64,000 nt of DNA from Candidatus Nanohaloarchaea archaeon. GTDB lineage: Archaea; Nanohalarchaeota; Nanosalinia; Nanosalinales; Nanosalinaceae. Positions 48,800 to 59,200 of the stretch are shown one piece after another. The number at the start of each line of letters is the position of its first letter. Within the stretch, counting starts at the first letter, position 1. The stretch covers positions 64,001 to 128,000 of the forward strand of contig JACOQA010000002.1 of assembly GCA_014297435.1 (NCBI GenBank). Reading direction: 5' to 3'. The notes below the pieces were generated by a model that was not told the origin of the DNA, did not search any database, and was given only the letters and a program-made list of their open reading frames with translations. Both the position numbers and the translations under genes were made by a program.

Positions 48800-49500
48800 A
48801 ACTCTAGCCTTCGATAACCTAGAATAAAACCTGCGGCTGAAAGTATTGACAGCAGCAATAATGCAGTCCAAACTGCTTCAATACCGGCTCCGTCCACCAT
48901 CACCGCTCTCATCGCTTCTACACCGTGAGTCAACGGAATGAACTGTTGAACTAAAACCAGGATTTCAGGCAAGCTATTGGAGGTGTAGAAAACCGGCGCC
49001 AGAAAAGTCATTCCTAGGAGGAAAATAGTCAAGAATTTCTGAACATCGGCATGTTCCGTCACGAAGGATCCGATCAAAAGACCTATTCCGGCATGCGCTA
49101 GAACCGAGAGAACAAGTATAGGAAGAATCTCAATACCAAGATTCAGAGAAGTCGCTAAAGTCCCCACACCTATAACCATGAAGGAAAATACCACGGGAAG
49201 GCTCGCAATCAACACCTTTGCGGATACATATTCGGTCTTCGAAAGCCTCGAGCCTCTGTACATTCTGTAAAGACCTTTTTCCTTGTCCCCCGCAATAGAG
49301 TATGCAATTGCGCTAATCGCGGCATATGAAACTATAAACACGGAGTAGGACGCAACTATCTCAGCAGTCGTACCTTGATTCAATACGAACGCAGTCAAAC
49401 CAAGAACGCCGAAAACCATCAAAACCCCGTATAACATGTTGACAGGGTTTCTGATAGTATCAAGTAGGTATGCTTTCAGCAGTTGTTTAACCTTTCTCAT
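48796..49500 (-). CDS. ABC-2 type transporter permease
   Basis: Six hydrophobic helices; FLAPVFY...LPE...PLTHGVEAMR. Confidence 0.9.
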   Translation of the reverse strand: MRKVKQLLKAYLLDTIRNPVNMLYGVLMVFGVLGLTAFVLNQGTTAEIVASYSVFIVSYAAISAIAYSIAGDKEKGLYRMYRGSRLSKTEYVSAKVLIASLPVVFSFMVIGVGTLATSLNLGIEILPILVLSVLAHAGIGLLIGSFVTEHADVQKFLTIFLLGMTFLAPVFYTSNSLPEILVLVQQFIPLTHGVEAMRAVMVDGAGIEAVWTALLLLSILSAAGFILGYRRLEF

Positions 49501-50338
49501 ATCTTCTTCCTGTCACCTCGAAAAAGACATCTTCGAGACCTGGCTTCTCAACTGAAAGATTTCGAAGATCATCTAAAACACCGCGATCAACCAGCTCCTT
49601 CAAAACTTCGTGGGGTTTATCGGTTCTAAGCTCGAAAAAACCATCACTTGAAACCGCTCTTTCTTTAAAGCCTTCAGGAACATCTCCTTCCGCCTTCAGA
49701 ATATAATCAGCATTGATATCAGAAATAAGATCTTTGGGTGAACCCGAGACGACTTCCTTGCCGCCTTCAATTATAATTACTCTGTCGCAGAGTTTCTCTG
49801 CCTCCTCCATCGAATGAGTCGAGACCATAACACCTGTCTGGGAAGTGAAGCTCTCTATCATCTCACAGATATCTTTACGAGCTCGAGGATCTAGTCCGGA
49901 GTTAGGTTCGTCAAGCAAGAGGTAATCCGGATCTTTGAGGACCCCTGAAGCAATATTAAGCTTCTTCTTATTACCTCCTGAAAGATCAGTCACGTATTTA
50001 TCCATCTCTGACTCGAGGCCTACCTTCCGATATATCTCAGTGTCTTGGGACTCGTTTAGAACACCCATCATCTCAAGAAACTCCTTTACTTTTAGTTTCG
50101 AGCTGTATTCGGTCTCTTGAAAGACCACCGACACTTTGTCCCTTACAGGATTGCCTCCGGCGCCTACTTTCCCTGATTCTGGCTCGATCAAGCCGGCAAG
50201 CACCTGCATCGTCGTTGTTTTTCCTGCTCCGTTCGGACCAAGAAGACCGACAATTTCGCCTTTTTCAAGACTCAGACTTAAGTTTTCCACAGCCTTTGTT
50301 TCGCCGAAGGTTTTCGACAGGTTTTCCACTTTTAGCAT
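49487..50338 (-). CDS. ABC-2 type ATP-binding protein
   Basis: GPNGAGKT, LSGGNKKK, LLLDEP, STH, GLEDVF. Confidence 0.94.
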   Translation of the reverse strand: MLKVENLSKTFGETKAVENLSLSLEKGEIVGLLGPNGAGKTTTMQVLAGLIEPESGKVGAGGNPVRDKVSVVFQETEYSSKLKVKEFLEMMGVLNESQDTEIYRKVGLESEMDKYVTDLSGGNKKKLNIASGVLKDPDYLLLDEPNSGLDPRARKDICEMIESFTSQTGVMVSTHSMEEAEKLCDRVIIIEGGKEVVSGSPKDLISDINADYILKAEGDVPEGFKERAVSSDGFFELRTDKPHEVLKELVDRGVLDDLRNLSVEKPGLEDVFFEVTGRRYEKG

Positions 50339-50363
50339 AGATAGAAATAAGTCATAAAGGTGT

Positions 50364-50681
50364 TTAAAGACTGTTCCAGCTTTCCATTCCGCCCTCTATA
50401 TTTCTGGCGTCGAATCCTTTCTTCCTTAGAAGCTCTGCTATCTTCTTGCTGGAATCTCCTTCCCAGCAGACAACGTAAACAGGTTCTTCTTTCGAGAATT
50501 CGTCCATGAGCTTTTCTACAGGCTGGAAGGCAAACTTCTTGTAGTAAACATTCAGAACTGTGGCGTTTTCGTGTCTTATGTGAGCCTGTGAGAAGTCCTC
50601 TTCGTCCCTGACGTCCAGGACCTGTGTATCGCCGCTTTGGAGGCTTTTCTCTAGCTGTTCTGTATCTGCTTTGTTCGCCAC
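50364..50681 (-). CDS. Single-domain rhodanese
   Basis: VLDVR, active-site VVCWEGDSS, IEGGMESW. Confidence 0.88.
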   Translation of the reverse strand: MANKADTEQLEKSLQSGDTQVLDVRDEEDFSQAHIRHENATVLNVYYKKFAFQPVEKLMDEFSKEEPVYVVCWEGDSSKKIAELLRKKGFDARNIEGGMESWNSL

Positions 50682-50764
50682 GGAGAAGTATAGCTTACCG
50701 TACCTTCATAAAAGGTTGATCTTGGGAGGGAGTTAAAAGCTTGAGAGCCCGCCAATTTTACGTG

Positions 50765-51271
50765 ATGGAGTACGAAAACCTTTCACGCGAAGAACTTGGG
50801 GAAGCCCTAGAAACCTTCGAAAAAGAAGTAGATGAACTAGAACAGGAAAAGAATAAATGGGAAGAGAAAGCCAAAAAAGTGAAGGCGGACTTCGAGAACT
50901 ACAAGAAGAAACAGGATGAAAGGAAGGAGAAATGGCAGCATAGAGCTAGAGAGGATCTTGCCGAGGACCTAATCCAGATAATGGACAATCTTGAGCGCGC
51001 GATTGCGTCTGCAGACGAGGACTCAACTGTTCTACAGGGCGTAAAGATGGTTGCCGACCAACTGCTTAGCGAATTGGAGAAGAGAGGGTTGGAAAGAATC
51101 GACGCTGAGGGCGAAGAGTTCGATCCAAGGCTGCACAAAGCCGTCGATACCGAAGAGCATGAGGAGGAGAACAAAGTGCTTAAACAGAAAAGGAAAGGGT
51201 ACATGTTTGGCGATAAGGTCTTAAGAGAGGCGGAAGTAGTGGTTTCGAAGCGTGCTGAAGAGCAGAACTGA
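50765..51271 (+). CDS. grpE: Nucleotide exchange factor GrpE
   Basis: ADFENYKK, DNLERA, FDPRLHKAV, KGY...VLREAEVVV. Confidence 0.94.
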   Translation: MEYENLSREELGEALETFEKEVDELEQEKNKWEEKAKKVKADFENYKKKQDERKEKWQHRAREDLAEDLIQIMDNLERAIASADEDSTVLQGVKMVADQLLSELEKRGLERIDAEGEEFDPRLHKAVDTEEHEEENKVLKQKRKGYMFGDKVLREAEVVVSKRAEEQN

Positions 51272-51315
51272 GAATCGACGAAAATTATTTATTAGAAAGT
51301 AGCAAATGACCAGTC

Positions 51316-52107
51316 GTGCAGTCCGTCGAACTAAAAGAATCCGATCTGAGAGATTTTTTAGACGCCGAGAGGAAGCGTCTAGATGAGATTTATCCGAAAG
51401 ATGATGTTCCTGACGACCCACTCCTATTTTTGAATAAAGATCTCATTCCCGAAGGCAGTCACGGATCAATAGTCTACGAAGATGACTTCTCCGGAGTTGC
51501 CCTCCCAGAAAGCTCCGTTGGAGACCACTCCGTTCCGGACAATCATGATGAAGATAGCTGGAAAATAATACTGGAGGATCAGAGGAGAAAAACCCTCAGA
51601 CATGAATTAACCCATATATGCTATAGGAACCACCATTTAGGCGACCAAACCGCTCCTGTGAAAAGTGGCTCCGACCCTTCTGCAGCCTACTTGGAAGCTG
51701 TTGCGATGTGGGAGGAAACCCATATATCTGAACCTCTGAAACCTTTTAATCTTGAAGAATATGGCGCACAAGGATTGGAGGATATACCCGAATTCTGGGA
51801 TAGATTCATAGCAGACAAACAGAATCCTAGGTCTATAGATGACCCTCACAGATTCGGCACCCTCTCTGCTTACCTAATCGAACGCGGCTATCTTGAGAAC
51901 CATGACCTCAAAGAGGCCAAAAAAAGAACGCGGAGAGATCTTCTGAATGTGAGTAGCAACAAAGAGCTTGAACAAGCGAATAGGCAGGCAGCAGAAACGC
52001 TATCAATTCCTTACTTTCCTGACCTTATTAGAGGACGAACTGTGAACCACTTAGACTCAGAAATTGCCGAAGTATATCTATCCAAAGGGGAAAATATTCT
52101 TAGATAA
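51316..52107 (+). CDS. Hypothetical HExxH zinc-metallopeptidase-like protein
   Basis: TLRHELTH followed by a downstream YLEAVA glutamate. Confidence 0.6.
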   Translation: MQSVELKESDLRDFLDAERKRLDEIYPKDDVPDDPLLFLNKDLIPEGSHGSIVYEDDFSGVALPESSVGDHSVPDNHDEDSWKIILEDQRRKTLRHELTHICYRNHHLGDQTAPVKSGSDPSAAYLEAVAMWEETHISEPLKPFNLEEYGAQGLEDIPEFWDRFIADKQNPRSIDDPHRFGTLSAYLIERGYLENHDLKEAKKRTRRDLLNVSSNKELEQANRQAAETLSIPYFPDLIRGRTVNHLDSEIAEVYLSKGENILR

Positions 52108-52190
52108 TTCTTCAAGTTAGTTTGAGCAACATGATAGTGAGAAGGCTGGAAAGAAGCCGGAGTCGTAGTAGGAGAAGGTAGGAATAAGAA

Positions 52191-52580
52191 TTAAGAAGTT
52201 TCTACTTGCTCCATTCTTTCTATAGCCTGTTCTGCGTCACCACACAAATTTTCTACCTCCTCTAACGTAGATACAAGTTCCCTTAACTCCGATATTTCAT
52301 TATCAATATCTTGTCTTATCTGCTCAATTTGCTCTTCAAACGCATTTTCATCCTTAAGAACTTGTTTCAATTCCTGTTCGCCAGCTTTACCTTCGTTGTA
52401 TTTCTCAAGGAACGGAACTAATTCATTCTGAATGAACTTTGCCATCCGTGTGCCTTCCATAGACTCATCTAACTGGTTCAGATGGCCTTCAGCCGACTCT
52501 ATTAAATTACTGGATTTCGTAACTTTTCCAGAAAATAATTTAATGACCTTAACATGCCTCTCTAACTCTCCGTTCGACAT
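52191..52580 (-). CDS. Hypothetical coiled-coil protein
   Basis: Heptad-rich acidic ORF; start probably MSNG at 52580. Confidence 0.65.
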   Translation of the reverse strand: MSNGELERHVKVIKLFSGKVTKSSNLIESAEGHLNQLDESMEGTRMAKFIQNELVPFLEKYNEGKAGEQELKQVLKDENAFEEQIEQIRQDIDNEISELRELVSTLEEVENLCGDAEQAIERMEQVETS

Positions 52581-52701
52581 ACGTCTTTCATAGACTAGCA
52601 GCATTTTAAATCTAGGTCCAAAAGTGAGCAAAACAATCCACTTTAAAAATTTTTAATCACGTAAACAAAAATAGAGTTTATTCTAAAGGTGAATCAATAA
52701 A

Positions 52702-54624
52702 ATGGCGAAGATAGTCGGAATCGACCTCGGAACAACAAGAAGCGCAGTAGCTTCAGTAGAAGACGGAGAACCCAAAATCCTCGAAAACAGCGAAGGAGAA
52801 AGAGTAACACCTTCCATAGTCGCATTTGACGACGGCGAAAGACTTGTAGGAAAGCCGGCTAAGAACCAGATGCTGACAAACGAGGAAAATACTGTAAAGT
52901 CGATCAAACGCCACATGGGCGAGGACTACGAAGTCAATCTAGAGGGAGAAGCCTACACGCCACAGCAAATCTCCTCGATGATCCTCCAGAAACTCAAGAA
53001 CGATGCAGAAGACAAACTGGGAGACGATGTCGAGAAAGCAGTTATCACAGTCCCAGCACACTTCAACGACGCACAGAGACAAGCAACAAAAGATGCGGGA
53101 GAGATCGCAGGTCTCGAAGTAGAGAGAATCCTCAACGAGCCAACCGCAGCAGCACTCGCATACGGCCTAGACGATGAATCAGAGAAAACAGTACTTGTAT
53201 ACGACTTCGGAGGAGGAACATTCGACGTAACAGTCCTAGAAATGGGAGACGGAATCTACGAAGTCCAATCCACAGAAGGAGACAACAACCTTGGTGGAGA
53301 CGACTTCGACCAGGAAATAATCGACTGGGTACTCGAAAAGTTCGAGGAAGAAAAAGGAATCGATCTTTCCGAGAACGATGAAGCTCTCCAGAGAGTTAGA
53401 GAGAACGCGGAGGAAGCCAAGAAAGAGCTTTCCTCGAGGAAACAGACCAAAATCAACATTCCGTTCATCCATCAGGACGACGAAGGAAACACATACAACA
53501 TCGACTACGAACTCACACGTTCAAAGTTCGAAGATCTTGTAGAAGATCTGATCCAGAGAACAACAGATCCGACAGAGACCGCAATCGAAGATGCAGGCAT
53601 CTCAAAGTCAGAAATAGACGACGTAATCCTCGTAGGAGGAACAACTAGAGTTCCGGCTGTAAAGGAACATGTCCAAGCAATTACAGGGATGGAACCGGAC
53701 CAAGAAGTCAACCCTGCAGAAGCAGTTGCACAAGGAGCAGCGATTCAGGCAGGAAGCATTACAGGAGAGATGGACGACCTACTGCTTCTTGATGTTGCAC
53801 CTCTCAGCCTTGGAGTCGAAGTCAAGGGAGGTTTAACGGAAACACTGATCGAGAAGAACACAACAATCCCTGCAGAAGAGTCCAAAGTGTTCACGACCGC
53901 CCAGAACAACCAGACAGCGGTAACCGTGCACGTTGTGCAGGGAGAGAGAGAAATGGCCAAAGACAACAAATCTCTTGGCCAGTTCAACCTTCAGGGAATC
54001 CCTCCAGCACAGGCAGGACAGCCTCAGATCGAAGTAACTTTCGAAATCGACTCAGACGGAATCCTCAACGTCTCCGCAGAAGAGCAGCAGAGCGGAGAAG
54101 AAGCCTCAATCAGTATAGACGACACATCAAGACTTGACGAGGACGAGATCGAGGAGATGAAAGAACAGGCAGAAAAACACGAGGAAGAAGACAAGCTGAA
54201 ACGTGAGTTCATCGAGACCAAGAACAAGGCAGATCAAATAGCCTCTCAGGCAGAAACACAGATTGACAACTTCAAAGACGAAGTAGACGAAGAGCTGATT
54301 GAGGGAATCGAAGATGCGATCGAAGACGTTGAAGAAGCCAAGGAAGAAGCAGAAGAGATCGACGATCTTGAAGAGGCATCGGAGCATATCGACTCCGCAA
54401 TCGAGGACTTGGAAAACGAGCTACAGGAGATCGGCCAGGAAATGTATGACGGCCAGCAGGGAGGAATGGGCGGTTTCGACCCAAGTAACATGTCAGAAGA
54501 AGATCTGAAGGAAGCAGCCCAGAACATGGGCGGAATGGGCGGAGCTCCCGGAAACTCTGGTGACGATGAAGTAGTCGACGCAGACTACGAAGAAGTCGAC
54601 ACAGACGAGGAGAAGAAAGAATAA
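52702..54624 (+). CDS. dnaK: Chaperone DnaK (Hsp70)
   Basis: [40 protein letters not shown]. Confidence 0.98.
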   Translation: MAKIVGIDLGTTRSAVASVEDGEPKILENSEGERVTPSIVAFDDGERLVGKPAKNQMLTNEENTVKSIKRHMGEDYEVNLEGEAYTPQQISSMILQKLKNDAEDKLGDDVEKAVITVPAHFNDAQRQATKDAGEIAGLEVERILNEPTAAALAYGLDDESEKTVLVYDFGGGTFDVTVLEMGDGIYEVQSTEGDNNLGGDDFDQEIIDWVLEKFEEEKGIDLSENDEALQRVRENAEEAKKELSSRKQTKINIPFIHQDDEGNTYNIDYELTRSKFEDLVEDLIQRTTDPTETAIEDAGISKSEIDDVILVGGTTRVPAVKEHVQAITGMEPDQEVNPAEAVAQGAAIQAGSITGEMDDLLLLDVAPLSLGVEVKGGLTETLIEKNTTIPAEESKVFTTAQNNQTAVTVHVVQGEREMAKDNKSLGQFNLQGIPPAQAGQPQIEVTFEIDSDGILNVSAEEQQSGEEASISIDDTSRLDEDEIEEMKEQAEKHEEEDKLKREFIETKNKADQIASQAETQIDNFKDEVDEELIEGIEDAIEDVEEAKEEAEEIDDLEEASEHIDSAIEDLENELQEIGQEMYDGQQGGMGGFDPSNMSEEDLKEAAQNMGGMGGAPGNSGDDEVVDADYEEVDTDEEKKE

Positions 54625-54642
54625 AGGAGTTTTTTAGCTCCC

Positions 54643-54825
54643 TTAATTCTCCTTTAATTTTGTGTAACCGAGAACCGCATTACTTATTGCTAATGCAAAA
54701 ATCGCGATCGACATCAAGTATTCGCCGAGGTAGCCGACAATCAGCGCTGAAACGGTTGTAAAAACAACCACGCTAATCCAGAACCCCTTATCATGCTCAA
54801 GATCATCTAAATCGACAAGACTCAT
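54643..54825 (-). CDS. Small two-helix membrane protein
   Basis: 60 aa with two hydrophobic segments; fills the dnaK-dnaJ gap. Confidence 0.6.
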   Translation of the reverse strand: MSLVDLDDLEHDKGFWISVVVFTTVSALIVGYLGEYLMSIAIFALAISNAVLGYTKLKEN

Positions 54826-54858
54826 GAAAACACATCATTCGAACGAGAAATAAAAATT

Positions 54859-55932
54859 ATGGCAAAGGAATACTACGAACTTCTAGGAGTATCAGAAGAC
54901 GCAAGTCAGGACGAAATCAAAAAAGCTTACAGGAAGAAGGCGAAGAAATACCACCCTGATTCTAACAAGGATACTGCGGATGAGGAGAAGTTCAAGAAGA
55001 TAAACAAGGCCTACGACGTTCTTTCAGATGAAGACAAAAGAAAGAAGTACGACCAGTTCGGAAAACAAGGAGTCGAAGGCCATGCCGGAAGAGGTCAAAG
55101 ACGAGCTGCATCAAACTTCCAGGATCTGTTCGAACAAATCTTCGGAGGCGGAGGTTTTGGCAGCCAAAGAAAGAGAGGTGGAAAGAACCTCAAAATACAT
55201 ACTACAATAAGCCTAGGCGAAGCCTACTCAGGCGTTGAAAAAACTTTTGAGGTTGAGAGAAAGGCAAAATGTTCCGAATGCAGCGGAACCGGAGCTGAAA
55301 ATGGCAATACATCAACATGTTCCGAGTGTAACGGTAGAGGTCAGGTAAGAAAAGTTCAAAGAACTCCGCTAGGAAGGATGGAGACCGCGGCCGAATGCCC
55401 TAAATGCAACGGCTCAGGGAAAGTGCCTGAAGAAAAGTGCTCAAATTGTGACGGATCCGGTACCGAGAAGAAAGAAGAGACCGTTACCGTGAAAGTTCCG
55501 GAAGGAGTTCGGGATGGGCAACGTCTCAGAGTCAGAAATAAAGGAAACCGCAGCTCGACCGGTGAGACCGGCGACCTCTACGTCTATATCTCAGTTGAAG
55601 AACATGAAAGCCTTGAGAGAAAGGACCACGACCTGTTTACAACAGTAACCTTAGGTGTGGGGGACGTTGCATTAGGCACTTCAGTTGAGATCGACCATCC
55701 TGACTCAAATATCCAGGTCGATGTTCCGAAAGGCACACAGCCCGGACAAGTACTAAGACTTAACGGAAAGGGAATGCCCTCAAGAAGAGGAAGAAACGGA
55801 GATCTCTACGTAAAAGTGGATGTCGAGATCCCCAAGGATGTTTCAGAAGATCAGAGAGAAGTGCTTGAAGGAATGAGAAAGAAGCCTAAAGAAGACCGTT
55901 CGTTCTTCGAGACAGTGAAAGATTTCATATAA
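54859..55932 (+). CDS. dnaJ: Chaperone DnaJ
   Basis: J-domain HPD, four CxxCxGxG repeats. Confidence 0.97.
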   Translation: MAKEYYELLGVSEDASQDEIKKAYRKKAKKYHPDSNKDTADEEKFKKINKAYDVLSDEDKRKKYDQFGKQGVEGHAGRGQRRAASNFQDLFEQIFGGGGFGSQRKRGGKNLKIHTTISLGEAYSGVEKTFEVERKAKCSECSGTGAENGNTSTCSECNGRGQVRKVQRTPLGRMETAAECPKCNGSGKVPEEKCSNCDGSGTEKKEETVTVKVPEGVRDGQRLRVRNKGNRSSTGETGDLYVYISVEEHESLERKDHDLFTTVTLGVGDVALGTSVEIDHPDSNIQVDVPKGTQPGQVLRLNGKGMPSRRGRNGDLYVKVDVEIPKDVSEDQREVLEGMRKKPKEDRSFFETVKDFI

Positions 55933-56656
55933 GCGCCTTGATATACGGTATAGAGTACATTATGGCGACCCCTATAGAGAAAACTAGAACGTGTGGCGCC
56001 CAGTTATCCTCGATATCCTTTATTTCGGGCATCAGGTCGCTTCCCGCGATATAGACAAAGTTGCCGACAACCAGAGGCAGAAGGATGCTTTGGATAGAAC
56101 CAGAAACATTTGAAAGCATTATAACAGCTAAAGCGCCTAGAAACATGAAAACACTGATACCTAGGTTAAAACCGAAGGCTTTGACTCGTGTAAAGCCCGA
56201 GTGGACAAGTATTCCAAAGTCTCCTATTTCTTTAGGCACTTTATGGAGTGCGACAGCGATTGTTGCGGCGACACCTGCGGAAGTCGATGCAAGAAAGCTT
56301 GAGGCGATCAATATACCGTCCAGTATGTTGTGTATGGCGTCACCTACAACCAATACTATAGAGAATGGTTCGTAGTGGTGGTCTGCGTGATGGCAGTGCC
56401 AGTGTACAAGTTTTTCGAGCAGGAAGGATCCAAGTATTCCTGCCATTATAGCGAGACCTGTGAACCGTGTGTATGATCCGGCGAGTTTGAATACGAGGTG
56501 GATGAATACGCCGCCGAAGATTGTTCCTGCGGAAAGCGAGATCATGTAAGGTATGTAGCGTTCCATTCGCTCTTTCTCCACGAAGAGGAAAAGTGCGCCA
56601 AGCGCAGATAAGACCGCAGTAATACCTATACTTAGAAGTATATTCTTGTAGACCAT
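55925..56656 (-). CDS. ZIP-family metal transporter
   Basis: His-rich loop [30 protein letters not shown]. Confidence 0.88.
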   Translation of the reverse strand: MVYKNILLSIGITAVLSALGALFLFVEKERMERYIPYMISLSAGTIFGGVFIHLVFKLAGSYTRFTGLAIMAGILGSFLLEKLVHWHCHHADHHYEPFSIVLVVGDAIHNILDGILIASSFLASTSAGVAATIAVALHKVPKEIGDFGILVHSGFTRVKAFGFNLGISVFMFLGALAVIMLSNVSGSIQSILLPLVVGNFVYIAGSDLMPEIKDIEDNWAPHVLVFSIGVAIMYSIPYIKALI

Positions 56657-56738
56657 TCAGCCTCTGTGATATTTTCTCGAACCACAGTATTAAATTAAGG
56701 TACAAAAAAAGAAGGTTTTTAGTAAAAACAGTATCCTT

Positions 56739-56822
56739 TTAGTTTGCGTCTTCACCTCTTAAGCCCGGTACAGTAAGTCTTTCAAGTTCAACCTCGAACT
56801 GGTTCATCACGTTAGGATCCAT
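56739..56822 (-). CDS. Candidate 27-aa micro-protein MDPNVMNQFEVELERLTVPGLRGEDAN
   Basis: GGTGA ribosome-binding site upstream, acidic composition, T-tracts downstream. Confidence 0.45.
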   Translation of the reverse strand: MDPNVMNQFEVELERLTVPGLRGEDAN

Positions 56823-56968
56823 TACTCCGATCACCCTTGGAAAAGTTTTTGATCTTAGATATTCAAAAAGAAAGTTTCAGTAAGTTATAGGAGTCCTGAG
56901 ACAACAAAAACCCTTATTAGAAAACAAAAACTATACACTACAACTTAAAGGTTTTATCGATCCTAAAA

Positions 56969-58240
56969 CTAAGATCCTATAGAAGAAATAAACTCTGTGA
57001 CACCGACTCCCTCACGGTAAAGGACGCCAGCTACAACAGCGAGACCGGCAAGGATCGAACCTATTAGACGCGTTTCAGAGCCTGAGAAAGCTCCAAGAGC
57101 TGGCGACCCACCACCCCCAGCGAAACTTGTGGTTTGATCAGAAGTCTCAAAACCGCCACCGGACCCGACACGTCTTAAGGTAGAGGTCTCAGCCTCCATA
57201 CCGCCCTTTCTAGCGACGAACCTAATCCGGTTTAGACCTTCCTCCATGCTTAAAAGCGTGCAGAAACGGTTTTCCGCATCTTCCTCACGCTGCCTTTCAC
57301 CATTCCTGTATATTGTAACTTTTTCGGCGTCACCCGAAATATCAGCGCATGCCCTCACCGTTCCGGGTTCAGATATAGGAGGCATATCTATATCACTTAT
57401 TTCAAGACCAGAGACTACATCGAGCTCTAAGGTTCGTGATTCAGAACCTGCCGAAACCTGGAAATCGATTTTACCTGGTTCAGAGGGAGTAAAACCTGTC
57501 CTGAAATCTGTGTTAGGTTCAACCGTTTGTTCAAAGATTCTCTGGTCCCCAGCAAAAACATTTACAGTCTGAGAAGATGGGAATTCATGGTTTCCGCTGA
57601 CATAGACCGTTTCACCTAAAGAAACTTGTTCCTGGGAAAGCTTTACATCCAAGTTCTGCCCTTGCACAACTACTTCAGGCCAGTCTATCGATGAAACTCC
57701 GTCACCTGAACCCCCACCGTTCGTATTATCTGAAGAGTCTTGATCATCTTGATCCGAAGAGTCAGAGTCTTCATCATTATCCGAGTTTTCATTAGAGTCG
57801 TCCTGAGAATCTCCGTCATCAAACCTGGATCCATCCTCATTAGAATCATCGGTTGAATCACCGCTATCAAACCTGGAACCATCTTCACCTGCATCATCTG
57901 TAGAGTCTCCACTATCGAATCTGGAGCCGTCCTCGTTTGAGTCATCAGTTGAATCTCCGCTATCAAATCGAGAGTCGTCACTACTCTCGTCAGAGGTGTC
58001 GGTCGAATCTTGTCGATCTCCCGTATTGTAATCGTCTTGAGAGTCACCGCTATCAAACCTAGAACCAGGACTTTCCGTGTCATCGTTCGAATCTCCGCTG
58101 TCGAATCTATCACTGGATCCTTCCGAGTAATCGTTGAAGTCGTCCTGAGAGTCACCGCTCGCGAACCGCTGACCAGCCACAAGAGATGCTGAAGAGGCAA
58201 GAAGAATTAGGATACCGAGGGCTAGAGCTGTCTTCTTCAT
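56969..58240 (-). CDS. Secreted, C-terminally anchored surface protein with RFDSGDSxDD repeats and Ig-like domains
   Basis: Sec signal peptide, 7 repeats, beta-rich domains with a Cys pair, C-terminal hydrophobic helix. Confidence 0.8.
   Translation of the reverse strand: MKKTALALGILILLASSASLVAGQRFASGDSQDDFNDYSEGSSDRFDSGDSNDDTESPGSRFDSGDSQDDYNTGDRQDSTDTSDESSDDSRFDSGDSTDDSNEDGSRFDSGDSTDDAGEDGSRFDSGDSTDDSNEDGSRFDDGDSQDDSNENSDNDEDSDSSDQDDQDSSDNTNGGGSGDGVSSIDWPEVVVQGQNLDVKLSQEQVSLGETVYVSGNHEFPSSQTVNVFAGDQRIFEQTVEPNTDFRTGFTPSEPGKIDFQVSAGSESRTLELDVVSGLEISDIDMPPISEPGTVRACADISGDAEKVTIYRNGERQREEDAENRFCTLLSMEEGLNRIRFVARKGGMEAETSTLRRVGSGGGFETSDQTTSFAGGGGSPALGAFSGSETRLIGSILAGLAVVAGVLYREGVGVTEFISSIGS
57790..58170 (-). 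repeat. Coding tandem repeat: 7 x RF(D/A)(S/D)GDSxDD, the last four at 48-nt period
   Basis: Visible in protein and DNA, with synonymous variation between copies. Confidence 0.9.
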
Positions 58241-58247
58241 AACGGTT

Positions 58248-59090
58248 TCAGTCGCAGTAGTTGTTAGGGTTGGCGTTTTCGAAGAGTTGGTCTGCCTGCG
58301 ATACAGTCAGGTCTTCCTGAGAATCGGCGTCGTTAAGTTGAATTACGTATGAATCCGGTCGACCGTCATTGTCCGAGTCCCTAAAGTCAATATCGTAACC
58401 TATATCGCCTTCGACAGCAGTAAGATCTTCCAAGGGTTCGTCTCCAATCGCATCTCTGACGTCCTCTTCGACAAAGTAACCGGACACACCTCCTTCATTA
58501 CGGTAACAGGCAGCTTCCGGAAGCTCATTCATAGTGTCGTAGAACTTGGTTTCACCTGTCTGATCGATCTCGCCCGGACTTTCACCTGAATCTGTCGGCT
58601 GCTGCGTCTGCTCAGAAGCCTGATTGTCTTCCTCAGTCTCTTGGTTAGGAGTGTTGGAATCGTTTGAGTTTTGATTATTATTTGCGCCTTGGTTTGTTTG
58701 ATCTTCGGTCGAGGTTTGATTCGATGTCTGTCCTGTGGCTGTACCAGATGTTTTTTGAACTCCCGAGCCAGATCCAAGATCTCCATCTATCTTTCCGTCA
58801 GCTCCATAATCGGCGCCTATATATCCTGCTGCGCCTATACCGGCTGAAGCGAATGTTGCTTGTAATACAGAGCGTCTTCTTTCATTCACCCCTTCTTCGG
58901 TGTAGACTCCGGCTGCGTTGTATAATGTGTCTCTTGGAACTGTGTAGAGTTTTTTTATTCCGCCACCGAGCATGTGGGCGACCTCCCCTAGCCCTCCGCC
59001 TTTTCCTTCAAGGTTTTCCGAGGCATTTCCGCCCACGGAGGAGCTTTCTGATTCTCTTCTGTTTCCAGCGTCTCCTGGTTCTTCAGACAT
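58248..59090 (-). CDS. Tat-motif exported protein with a low-complexity linker and a two-Cys C-terminal domain
   Basis: ERRRSVLQ plus hydrophobic stretch; ends YCD. Confidence 0.7.
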   Translation of the reverse strand: MSEEPGDAGNRRESESSSVGGNASENLEGKGGGLGEVAHMLGGGIKKLYTVPRDTLYNAAGVYTEEGVNERRRSVLQATFASAGIGAAGYIGADYGADGKIDGDLGSGSGVQKTSGTATGQTSNQTSTEDQTNQGANNNQNSNDSNTPNQETEEDNQASEQTQQPTDSGESPGEIDQTGETKFYDTMNELPEAACYRNEGGVSGYFVEEDVRDAIGDEPLEDLTAVEGDIGYDIDFRDSDNDGRPDSYVIQLNDADSQEDLTVSQADQLFENANPNNYCD

Positions 59091-59200
59091 CGTGAGTCAC
59101 GGTAACCCTTTAGAAGTCTTTTATTAAGTCCATTTGTTTTCTTGACCGAAATAAACAGTTCTTTGTAATATAAACGTTATATCTATGGTTCAGAAAGAAA

